From: Azolla caroliniana
Taxonomy: Eukaryota; Plantae; Polypodiophyta
DNA: 64,000 bases
Assembly (NCBI GenBank): GCA_043228905.1
Contig: JBHGNT010000001.1
Location: forward strand, 35,464,001 to 35,528,000
Direction of reading: 5' to 3'
Shown here piece after piece: positions 13,301 to 32,968 of the stretch. The position numbers and the translations under genes are program-made. Positions within the stretch are counted from its first letter, which is position 1. Each line of letters starts with the position of its first letter. The notes under the pieces are model-generated. The model searched no databases. It worked only from the letters and a program-made list of their open reading frames with translations, and was not told where the DNA came from.

Positions 13301-15935
13301 TTGATAGAAATTGTCATAGTTTGGATGCTTTCTGAAACTCTTGAAACTCAAAGTTATCTTTTGTTCATCTAACAAAATTTTCTCACCTGAACTTAGGCAC
13401 AAGATTCAAGACCTCCTGCAAATGCAACTCTTCAAGTAACAGGTGCAGTTGGTTGGCGCAGAGAAGGACTTGTCTACAAGAAGAATGAGGTGACTGTTTA
13501 TTCCTATAATATTCATAATACTCTCAAACTTATGGATGTAGTTTTGATCATCGTTTCATTCACTTGCATGTATATTTGTAGGTCTTCCTGGATATCGTGG
13601 AGAGTGCTAACTTACTCATGTCTTCAAAAGGTATGTGTTTGGAAAAAGATATTCATATGTTCATATGCCTTTTATGTCATCAACTGCTGTGGAATAATAA
13701 AAAAATTCATTACTGTTTTATGTTTGCAAGGAAAAAGTAAATACGTTTCTATGCATGCAGGCATATGGATTGAAAACTTGGTTTATATTAAGGAAAAAGT
13801 AAGCTTGGTTTATATTAGTGTAATGGAGGCCAGCTGATACACTTATATCACTTGTATTGGCGTTTCACATACTTGGTTTGGGTGTCCTAGATTTGACATT
13901 TAGTATTTTGAGGCAGTAAATTCTAGTTCAGGTTGTGATAAATATGCTATTTGGCTGCAGGAACAGTTCTGCGATGTAATGTTTCGGGAAAAGTTCTAAT
14001 GAAATGCTTCCTATCTGGTATGCCAGATTTGAAACTTGGTTTGAATGACAAAATAGGACTAGAAAAGGAATCACAAATTAAAGCTCGGCCCACAAAAAGG
14101 TATTCTGTCATGAGTGGTTTATCTTGATGCATGAAATTCATGGTTTTTAGCTGCTTCAATTTCAGTATCTGTATTACCTCTGGTATTTTTCAGTGGTACA
14201 ACAATTGAATTGGATGATGTTACGTTCCACCAATGTGTGAACCTTACTCGTTTTAATTCAGAGAAGACAGTCAGCTTTGTTCCTCCAGATGGGGAATTTG
14301 AACTCATGAAGTATGTATGCAAGCTAGAATCTGCAAAATATTCTTACACTCTACATCATAGGTTATTGGTAGAGATTTATTCTAATGTCAAGCATGAAAA
14401 TAAAAAAATAGATAAAATAATAAAGAGAGAGAAAGAAAAGTGGTGATCCACCCGGCCTTTAAGGTTTGTCTCAATCCCTAGGATTAAATGTAATCCTCCC
14501 TTCTTTGCACTCTCAATTAACCCGCACACTCTTATCTTTGTGTCTAGAAAACTATGTTAACTACCATGGTTATGCCCGTAGCAGTTATAGGTGTGAAAAT
14601 ATAGACATATGATTCTACCTTTAAAATTTTGAAGCATAGTGGTTCATAACTTTGCAAATGCATATAGCAGGCAACGGAAGGAACCTATGTATGAGTAGTT
14701 TCTGCTTTATTTTTTGTCTTAATTAACCTGTATATTCACTACAATTAGAAAACTGATTCACCTACAGTTTTCAATTACTGCTAAAACATAATAAACACGT
14801 CTGAATAATGAAAACCTGCTGTTTGAAACAAAAGCATTGATTTATGACAGTCTGAGGACGTTCGAACTGTAGGAGCATGATATGTCCTAGAAAATGGAAA
14901 TAGGTATATCTCTGAATGGTTACTATTATGTGAGTCAATGGATTTGTGGAATTCCAACTTATATTTATGTGATGTAGGTATCGAATAACAGAAGGTGTGA
15001 ACCTGCCTTTCCATGTACTGCCAATCATTAAAGAGCTGGGAAGAACTCGGATGGAAGTCAACGTGAAGGTAGAATTTGTCACTTTTGAGGCTCTACATCG
15101 ATTTTCTGTCAATGTGTCCAATTTCATTGTTGTGCTAATGGGTAATTGTTTTGTGCAGGTCAAAAGTGTTGTTGGAGCCAAAATGTTTGCCCTCAATGTA
15201 ATGGTGAAAGTACCTGACCCAAAGCAGATAGCAAAGGCCAGCTTTCAAGTAACAGCAGGCAAAGCAAAGTATAATGCAGCAATAGATTGCCTTGTGTGGA
15301 AGTAAGTGGAAAACTTGAACATTGCTTTCATATATTTGCATTGTAAGTGGGAATTAGATATTATCTTTGCGTTAGCATTGGAATTTTCTTGATCCTTGAT
15401 ATGCCATGCCTTTTACAGAAGGAAAGGGAAAATTTAAGCATTGCCTTCAAGTATAGTCATTATTAAACATTATATTCTTAACATTGAAATTGACTTGATC
15501 CTTGATATGCCTTTGTCAGAATAAAGAAGTTTCCTGGACAGACTGAATGCTCGAGGATTGCAGAGGTTGAGTTGATATCAGCAATTGTAGAAAAGAAGCC
15601 ATGGACAAGGCCACCTATTCAGATGGAATTCCAGGTGCTTTAGAAAAATATCCATGCTGTTTGCAATGAAGAAATTATTGGGGAAATTGAGTGGAGTAAG
15701 AAGGGTATTATCTCTGTAGGTACCCATGTTCACAGCATCGGGATTATGTGTAAGGTTCTTGAAGGTACCGCGAAATGCATTGTACTTTGTACTGAACACT
15801 TTTCTTTGTTTATTTAATCCTCACGCTTGAAATCTGTGACTGTTGTCTTTGAACAAGGTATGGGAGAAAAGTGGATATAATACTGTGGAATGGGTGCGAT
15901 ACATTTCGAAAGCAGGTTCATATGAGATATGTTAC
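10304..15935 (+). pseudogene. AP2M: AP-2 complex subunit mu (clathrin adaptor), probable unprocessed pseudogene; 13 exons approx 10304-10380, 12726-12903, 13019-13109, 13201-13292, 13397-13489, 13582-13630, 13961-14099, 14194-14310, 14978-15068, 15159-15301, 15520-15634, 15720-15764, 15858-15935
   Basis: Exons translate to plant AP2M motifs ([77 protein letters not shown]). Lesions: in-frame TAG at 12796-12798 (PIR*IGG), about 6 codons missing from exon 1, one codon missing in exon 4, and the normal stop after YEIRC is lost. Confidence 0.85.
14465..14580. repeat. Short dispersed intronic repeat, copy 1 (homologous to 33568-33695)
   Basis: TTGTCTCAATCCCTAGGATTAAATGTAATCCTCCCTTCTTTGCACTC aligns with TTGTCTCAATTCCTAGGATTAAAAGTAATCCCCCCTTCTTTACACTC at 33568. 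Confidence 0.8.
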
Positions 15936-17149
15936 CCCGTACGAGCTGTACGGAGAGTCAAGTGTGATGAGCGAGGCTCGAATATTATCATGATGATGTT
16001 GTATATGTGTAGGGAACATAAATGTAATTGTGAGTTGATATGTATGTGAACACATGCACACGTGTGTGCATGTGGAGGGATACGATGAGGTGTGAGTGAG
16101 TGTCCAATATGAATGCTCTAGGGGGCTTACACCCCTTTGTATCTACCCCCTCTTGTATTATTTAACCCCTTTATGGGGAATGAATGAATGAATGAACATT
16201 TCTCTCTATCTCTCTTTTCATCTCTCTCTCTCTCTCTCTCTCCCCCTCAACGTTGAACCCCCTTGGGGGGGGGAGTGGAGCCATTCTAGGCACCACCCCC
16301 CACCCCGCAATGCTCATCAATGTCATCCTTACCCCGCGATGCTTCTCAATAATTCTCAACATCTTCATGTCAATCTCTATCACCATCATACTCTTCATCA
16401 TCTTTGCTATTTCACCATGTCTATCTTCGTCATCATCAATCATCATCATTATCATTCTCATTAACCCTAACCCTAAAAACCTACAACAAGATACGATGTT
16501 AGACAAAGTAAAATTAAGGATTTGGAGAAATGTCCATATAACACTGGAATGGCCGTGGTAGATTATGAGGGCAGGTTCATGTGGTAATCGTAAAACCAAT
16601 GGACACAACAAGTATGTTCCTTATGGATCAGGGATTATGTGTTTGGGCTAGAAATGCGGGGTTTTCATTAGGCTAACCCTTTGGCACATCTGAAAATCCA
16701 CCTCACAATGTACATACCAATTCCACTGAGGTTAAGCTGTCATGGAGAAATGTGCTATGCCTTTTTTTTCTCAAAGTGGCAATCATGGTCCAATGATTGC
16801 ACCTTTTTGAGGTTTGTGATTTCTGGACTTGGATCAGCAAATGCACTCTCTCCATTTAAAATGTCTTGGTTCGGTAATAATGGGGGTGGAATTCTAATTA
16901 TCTATTATCAAACATGTTACAAGCCATGCTGATTAATGATGACAATAATGCCAAGTTACCTTAGCTAATGGATAAGAGTTTGTGAGATACATGAAAAGGA
17001 ACTCTGATCAACAACTCAAGATCAAAGAGAATTCATATTCATTCAAGCCTTTATGTAATCCGTTCTCTGAATTTCGGTTTCTGAAATTTGTATTGTTTTT
17101 GACTTTGGTCCTTTTTTACATGGGAGACATATGTAAGTAATCTAAAGCA

Positions 17150-17520
17150 CTATTGGACAATCAATTTTCTTATGCCAATGCTATTTTGGATGTGTAATGA
17201 AAGCTAAGTGCGTCGCATAGCTTTTGCACGTGGTAAAGGGTTGAATTCCCACAAATAATGGGAAAGGTTGAAAGGTTTTTCTTTCTTTAGTGATGGCAAC
17301 TTACACTTACATCTTAGCTCATATTGATGCTATACATCTCCATATACCTATACAAGGCTTACATTTACATAAATACATATAATGCAATGGAATTTAACCA
17401 AAATACCCATAAATTCTCTCCATGCACCTACATTCCTCTATTCCTTTCTAAATCAACACCATTCTACTCTTTGATTACAAGTCAACTTTGTCATTGATAA
17501 CATGGATATTTGTTTTTACA
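17150..17520 (-). mobile_element. Possible decayed Mutator/MULE transposase remnant (SWIM zinc-finger region)
   Basis: Minus strand reads VDLER...ECRCMER...MGILVKFHCI across frameshifts, resembling the SWIM pattern VDLxxxxCxCxxxxxxGIPCxH. Heavily degraded. Confidence 0.35.
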
Positions 17521-18313
17521 CATGACTAATAATCTCTTGTATCATTGCTCCATTGAGTCTCTTCAATGGCTATCATCATTGATAATGGATTGTGGTAGTT
17601 CTTGAAATGTAATTGGCATTCTAAATTGCCACTGGTTGCAAAGTTCTTCATTTGGAGAAGATTGATTGGGGTTTTCTCTAAAGCAACATGAACTAACAAC
17701 ATACAATTGCTTCTTTTGTATTGTTATGTTGAAGATAGTACTAATTATTTCATACTATATGTCAGATTTGGAGTACATTTCTCAAATTTAGCAAGTTCTG
17801 TCATGTTGTTATATGATGCCAAGACAATGGGTGTTTGCACAATTCACAATAAGAGATGAGGATCGTTTTCCTATTTCTAATATATCAGGGATTGCATCGT
17901 AATTGGGATATATGCAATGCTTTTGTATTTGATGGTAAGCGTAGAGTCAAATCATATCCACAAAAGTTGAAGAGAGTACTAATGTGACAAATTTCTTTAC
18001 TGGAGCAAGTGGAAATTCTTTTCTTGGTGGAATGTTTGTCTTGGTCATTGGGAAATAGACATGTCCCACTACTCTGGTATTGGTGATCACACTCAATTGT
18101 GGTACCATTGTAGTGTCTTGATCCATGAGAAAGAGAGAGACTTTTGTTTAATTGTTTAGTGTGTTTTGGGGGGGGTGGGCGATGGAAGGGTATGATAGCG
18201 AGTTTCTTAAAACCAGAAACAGAGAAAAGGGTATTTTTTCCCGGTACCCCTCTCCCTTGATCCACCCCGCCCTCTGTTACCTTGAGGACGAGACTGCCAA
18301 GATAGACAATCAC

Positions 18314-18590
18314 AAACCCTAAATCCTCTCAAGCGTCAGCAGAGCAGGCCTTCGTATCGGGAAATATACACTTAAAAAAACCCATCTAGCACAGAAGAAT
18401 CGATCAAAAGACAGAGACTGGTCCAGGTTCGTTAGTCAATAGCTTTGCTTTGCTTTTTAGGGTTAGGGTTTTCTTCTCCTTTCTTTCTCGGAGGGAAATC
18501 AGGGTCCCCTTGAAGAAAAGAAGGAACGCAGGTAATCAAATTGTGCTTTTGGAACTAAACAGATTTAGCGTTCCGTTTTGATTAGGGTTT
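18314..18590. promoter_or_regulatory. Cluster of telobox motifs in the promoter/5'UTR of the RRM gene
   Basis: AAACCCTA at 18314, TAGGGTTAGGGTTT at 18458 and TAGGGTTT at 18583. Confidence 0.5.
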
Positions 18591-18644
18591 AAGCTAGGAT
18601 TACAACAGTGTAGATAGAGACGAAGAAAATCTTTTTGGGATAGG

Positions 18645-21338
18645 ATGGAGGCTGAGCGCGCGTATAGTGATGAGTTTGAACAACAAAACAACATAGAACA
18701 ACGAAACAACATAGATCATCAAGAAGAAGATGAAGAAGAGGAGGAAGAGGTAGAAGAAGAAACAAAGACAGAAAACAGAGAGGAAGCAGAGAACCCTAAT
18801 TTTAGTGTGGCTTCAGCTAAGGATGCCTCCAGCAATAATAAATCTTCCTCCAGTTCAGGGTTAGTTTTGCCAAGATCCATTAGCTAAACGCAATAGATTT
18901 AGTTTTAGCATTAGATCAAGGTCTTTTTTTAGCTACTTCCTGATATGTTATAAAGTTTGCTATATAAATATGGTTGTCCAAATGATCCATAGAAATCAGT
19001 TTTGTTAGTTGTCATCATCGTAGTAGCAATGAGTTTTTGTCCCTAACTTTCACTTGACTTCCATTCGCATGCCCAAAAGGAAGATCTTCATAGGTGGACT
19101 AGCAGGTGAAACAACAACAGGTAAAGTCACCATTTGAATATTTACATATGCCTTCTTGTCATAGATATATGTCTATTATGTGTTCCATTCCATGCGAAAT
19201 GTGATGTGACATTTTCATCATTCTATTTAGTTATATCTTTATGAAAAGTACAATTTTGTGTTCAAATTTTGTGCAATGCAGCAACATTCTTTCCTCCTAA
19301 ATATGACTTTTTTTTATCCCTTAATGCTCAATTCAATGCTGAATGCAATATCTGATTTGCATCTTCCTTCCTACTTATATCTCTGTAAACATTCAATTAT
19401 TTATCCATTTCAATTCCTAAATGCAATGTAAAATACACACTTTTCTTCCATTGTATTTATCTGTATCTTTGTAAATGATCAAATATGTTTAAATAGAAAT
19501 TAGCATTTCCTTTTTCATTCTATCTATTCTTATATTTATAAAACATCTACTATATATTCAACTCAACCCCAAAATGCAATGTGGTGTTTACATCTTTCTT
19601 TCATGCGTCTATTTAAGTCTTTGTAAAAGATAAATTATGCATGCAATAAATTATAAAATTAAATGGGAATTCTAATAATTCTTTCCTCTATATATAAAAC
19701 ATCTAATTATGTATTCAATTAAATTACTATTGCAATGGGATGTTCGCATGTTTCTCTCTCTCTCTCTACCTGTGCATTCACAAAATATAAATGATGCAAG
19801 ATTCAATTCCAAATGCAATGTGGGATGTTGTATTTTGGAACTTACAAGGTATAATTCCTTATGGTATCAGAAAAGCTAACAAAACATTTCAAGAAATATG
19901 GAGAAATCATTGATTCTGTCATTATGCGAGATCGTGTCACCGGGCACACCAGGGGGTTTGGCTTTGTCACGTATTTGGATCCATCTGTTGTTGATAGAGT
20001 AATGCAAGATAAGCATGTTCTCGATGGGAAAACAGTAAGTGCTAAACAATGATTTACATTGATGCTGCAATTTATGGTAAAAACGTGTTCAAGAGAACGC
20101 TTTTGCTCATTGCTACCTTAATTGTATAGGTCGAGATTAAGAAGTCTGTTCCACGAGAGAAGATGGTGAAAGGACCAAGAACCAAGAAAATATTTGTTGG
20201 TGGCATTCCTACTTCAGTTACTGAAGGTAATTGGAAATTAGTTTATACAATTCCACAACTTTATTTTTTTTGGCCTTGTTATTGATTAACCTCTTTGTGA
20301 CAACAGATGAGTTTCAAGAATACTTCTCTAAGTTTGGTAAAGTTTCTGAGTGTCAAATAATGCAAGATCGAGAGAGTGGGCGGTCGAGGGGTTTTGGGTT
20401 CATAACCTTTGAAAATGAAGATTCTGTGGATGAGCTGCTTTCGCATGATGGGAAACTGGAGCTTTCAGGCAAGCAGGTGACAGATAGGCATAAGCCCTAT
20501 GTTATAAGAGAAAAAATGATGAGATAAGGCTTCATTTGAAACTGAAACCAAATTATGATCACAAACTTTGCATAGTAGGAGAAAAAGGAAGCTACAAGTA
20601 ATTAAACAATTGAAATCATGAAAGACAAGAAGAAAAAAGGAAAATAGATCTCTCTCTCTCTCTCGCATCAAGAAACAATAACTGCACTACCAATTAAGGG
20701 CAGGTCTGAGGCAAAGCACTTTAGCAATTTACATATGGTTTTGTAAGGCTTAAGCATGTCTCTAGTTTTGTTAGGCCTATCTCTGCCCCAAAAATGTAGA
20801 TGCAAGACAATGCATGTGTTTTAGTAAACATGTTTTTCTTTCATAAACCCATGTTATTGCAATTTGTGGTCAAATTCTTTTGTAGGTTGAGGTGAAAAAG
20901 GCAGAGCCGAAGAGAAATGCTCCGGAGCCAGGGCCTCTGGTAAGAGGAGGTCACCGTGGTGGAGATTATGGAGGCTACACTGACTTCATGCCTTACAGTA
21001 GCGGACCTTATGGTGATCCATACAGAGGTGGATATGGACCAAGAGGTATGGGTAGTGTTTACAGTGGTGGAGGATATGGAGGTTTTCGAGGTGGTTATGG
21101 AGGCTCTGGCTCTGGTTATGGCTATAGTGGTGGCCCTTTTGGTGGTGGTTATGATGGATTTCGAGGCAGTTATGGTGGTGGTGTTCTCGGTGGTTATGGA
21201 GCAGAGTTTGACAGTTATGGGAGTATGTCATATGGCGCAGGTGGTGGTGGTGCCTATGGTGCCGGTGGTCACACCAGTGGATATGGAAGTGCCCGTAGTT
21301 CTACCTCGGGTCGTTATCACCCATACAGTAAAAACTGA
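18645..21338 (+). CDS. hnRNP A1/Musashi-like RNA-binding protein (2 RRMs, Gly/Tyr-rich tail); exons approx 18645-18859, 19080-19120, 19871-20034, 20130-20226, 20307-20476, 20886-21338
   Basis: RNP2/RNP1 motifs KIFIGGL...RGFGFVT and KIFVGGI...RGFGFIT, an acidic N-terminus, a GGYG-rich C-terminus and a terminal RYHPY PY-NLS-type motif. Confidence 0.93.
19190..19840. repeat. Diverged AT-rich tandem repeat in intron 2 of the RRM gene
   Basis: Recurrent AATGCAATGT...CAT(T/C)TT...TCTATTT...TCTTTGTAAA...AATTATGTATTCAATT blocks. Confidence 0.55.
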
Positions 21339-22165
21339 AGTACCCTTGGGCTGCATGATTCTAGAAGGTTTCTCTAATTCATTTGTGTTTAAAGATTTTA
21401 AGATGGTGATTGTATGCATTTGACAGTCTGCAATTAATGATCCCTTCTGGCAATCTATAATTATGGATCTATAAGAACTAACATATGTAGTGTGGGTTTT
21501 GAGTTTTGGAATGTTCTGTTTCTGTGCTCTGGTAACTCATGTCTTGAAGTGTTTCCTTGCCTGAATATATGCCATTGGGACCAAACCCAACACTAATTTG
21601 CTCTCAAGGATTGACCAGCCAGCGATTGTGATGTACAATGCTGGCCCATGAGGCTTGGCACAATAGGATGAACAAGGTCTAGTTTTTTGCCAATGAATTA
21701 CTAGGTATTGGTGGATGTTGTATTTAATGACATCAATTCTGATTTCTTGTCTTCTAATGTATCAAAGTCATCCAAACATGTTCATGTTACTAATCAAATT
21801 GACCAACATATATCTTTAGATTTCCTCCAGTTTTGATGCATGCACTGTGGATGTTCAGTAGTATATCAAGCAAAAATTCCATATTTTGGCTTGCATACAT
21901 GTTGTGTAAGCCAAAACATAAGTTTTTGTATTTTAGCCCTTGTGTACAATAACCATTCGATTAAGTGTGTGTCCACTTAAGTGTGTCATTCTATTAAGTG
22001 CACTTTTTATAGAGGTCAAAATCCAAATCATAAAAATTTCATTGTTTCATTGTTCTAAACATTCAAAAAACACCAAAATGATGTTGTGAACCACAAAATG
22101 AATCGAACTTGGATCTTGCATTCCTACCATTACATAGGTTGGGCATAGCATGGGTCTATTAAGTG

Positions 22166-22425
22166 AAAGCTATTAATTGGTTAATCGATTAATAGCTCAT
22201 TATCTGGACTCAAGGGAAAGCTATTAATAGCTCATTATGTGAGCTCACATAAAGGAAGAACTACTAATCGATTAATAGCTCATTATGTGAACTCACATTA
22301 GGGGAAAGTTGTTAATCGATTAATAGCTCATTATGTGGACTTACATAAAGGAAAAACTATTAATCAATTAATAGCTCATTATGTGGACACTCCTTGAAGG
22401 GAAAGCTATTAATCGATTAATAGCT
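22166..22425. repeat. Tandem array of ~48-bp units (about 6 copies) built from palindromes
   Basis: Consensus near TTAATCGATTAATAGCTCATTATGTGRRCTCACATAAAGGRAAGCTA. Confidence 0.9.
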
Positions 22426-22917
22426 ATTTATCTATTAACACAACTTACAAGTATTTGGATTCAAATCCCTACTTTTAGGTATTTTTGTTGCACTATCTCT
22501 GCCAAGTACGTGGATCATTTCTCCTAAACCACATGCCACATATCAAACTAACGACATCATGCACAACCTCCGAACAGTTACCATCTAAAATATGCAGAGA
22601 ATCAGGCCATGTAAACTATGCACAAGACCTCCCTTCTCTTCTTTCTCTCGTATTCATACCATAGACACCAAAAAATAGACATACTGAAGAAACGTGATGA
22701 GTGACGTGCATTGCAACAGCGTGGGAGCAATTACAACAGCAAGGAAGGCCTCAACGATGGCTGTTGGGGTTGGGCTTTCTCAAAATTAGAACAGGAAAGA
22801 AAAAATTGGGAATTTGTTTTTGATTAAAAAAGCCCTAAATGCGCAGCTTGGTTAAGTGAGCACATTTCCCTTGCGTTCAAAGTGCACACCTAACCGAATG
22901 TCTACTGTATTTGATTT

Positions 22918-31297
<8,380 letters not shown>

Positions 31298-32968
31298 GTA
31301 ATATAAATATACATACATATAGACACATATTAAAGCATCAAATTAGCAGAGATTTAGTGTATCTGAGTATTTACATAGCTGTCAGTTTCTTGTATACAAT
31401 TTGTCTGTGCAATAGAAGTAAGATCATGTTCTGATGCGGCCTCACAATTCATATTTCTTTATGTCTCTTTCTTCGAAGTTGGTCCCGCCCCAAAAGCAAA
31501 GAAAAGGAAAAGGAAACAAGATTTTGGCTATTTGCCGAAATACCCCTCTGCTGCTAGAGGAGTTTTCAGAGCAACAACTGTTTTTTTTCAGATCACTATA
31601 TTAGTTGTGATCAAAATAATCATTTGCCCGTCTGCTCAATAGTTCATAGATGATTACCACAGTCTCTCTCTACATTCGGCAATACATACAAGGACCCACT
31701 AGAAATAACCCCACTGCTAGGATTTGCATTGAGAGTAGCATCTTTCATCATTTTGAGTACATACCTTGCTCACAAAGTCATGTGGTAGTTTATCTTTTAT
31801 AATATAGCTAATGAGTTTAATATGTACATGAAATCATAAGTCATCAATGCTCTAGAATTAATCTAATGTCCAATGTGCTAGGATTATTTGGATATCTTGA
31901 AATCATGTAGTATTTTGATGGAACACTTTATGTCAACTTTGGTTTCTTCATACACCTTTGAGATAAACTCTTTACATCAGCCACAATTTGCAAAAATCCC
32001 TCAACGAATATTTTACCTTTAATCTAAGGGCTTTCGATTCATTTGGTATATACTTTTTTTGTGCGGATTTTTTTAACTCAAATGGAGGTTTTTCACCCAT
32101 AATATATGTCTTGTGAAATTCTAATTCTAATTCTTGTGAAATAACCAGTATCAATTACAAATTAGTGAGCCACGACAATATGCTACAAACTGCTAGTATG
32201 TATTACTGAAACTATTAACAACTAAACATATTCATCGAGCCTTATCATAAAATAGTTGTTTTCATGTTTTCATCTCTACCAATAACAATGTATTCAATAA
32301 AGGCATGTATTTGGTTGTATGTGGTGCATACAACCACTTAATACTATCACTTGAAGTTGTCATTAATTAGTTAGCAATGGTTTTCAAGTAAACTGTGATC
32401 TATCATCAGTTAACATCTGCTTATTAAATATCCATGTTACATAAACTTACTTGTCAAACATTACCTATAAACTTTATATAGAGGGAGAGTTATCAGCAAC
32501 AAGGATAGCCCTATGGGAATCCATATTACAAGATACAACCATGAGAATGCATGAAACAAGGAACCTTAATCATCTTTCCATAGCACGTCTGCTTCTTTAA
32601 GAAGCAAAGGATTTACCATGTCATGTCAACTATCTTCACTCATTATTATTACACACTAGCATATCATTATATACAAGAAGACAAAGGTTCTTTGGATTAC
32701 ATGAACGAAAAACTTCATCATTCCAGAAAAGTTTCTTTGGTTAATTCAATTTGCATCATTACAGAAAAGTTCCTTTTGTTTGTTCAACTTGTTTCCCTGT
32801 ACTAGAAACAAAACATTTAGCTGAAACATCCTTTCTCTAGTTCTAAAATGCCTCAGCAGTAAAATAAAGTCTAGCTCTATTGGACACATTTTTATTCATA
32901 CAAACTCTTTATGCTCAATCCTCTTTGTTTAAAGTTGAGCAAAGGGAATCAAGGAAACCTTGGCTACA

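Noticed and set aside
16171-16611. His/Ile/Met-rich ORFs
   Set aside because: Low-complexity (CAT)n-like sequence within a repeat region, with no domain signature.
18314-18590. Interstitial telomeric array
   Set aside because: Only isolated one- or two-unit motifs in a promoter context, better explained as teloboxes.
22166-22425. CRISPR-like appearance: palindromic repeat with more variable intervening segments
   Set aside because: The intervening segments are homologous to each other rather than unique spacers, the context is a eukaryotic intron-rich locus, and no cas-like ORFs are present.
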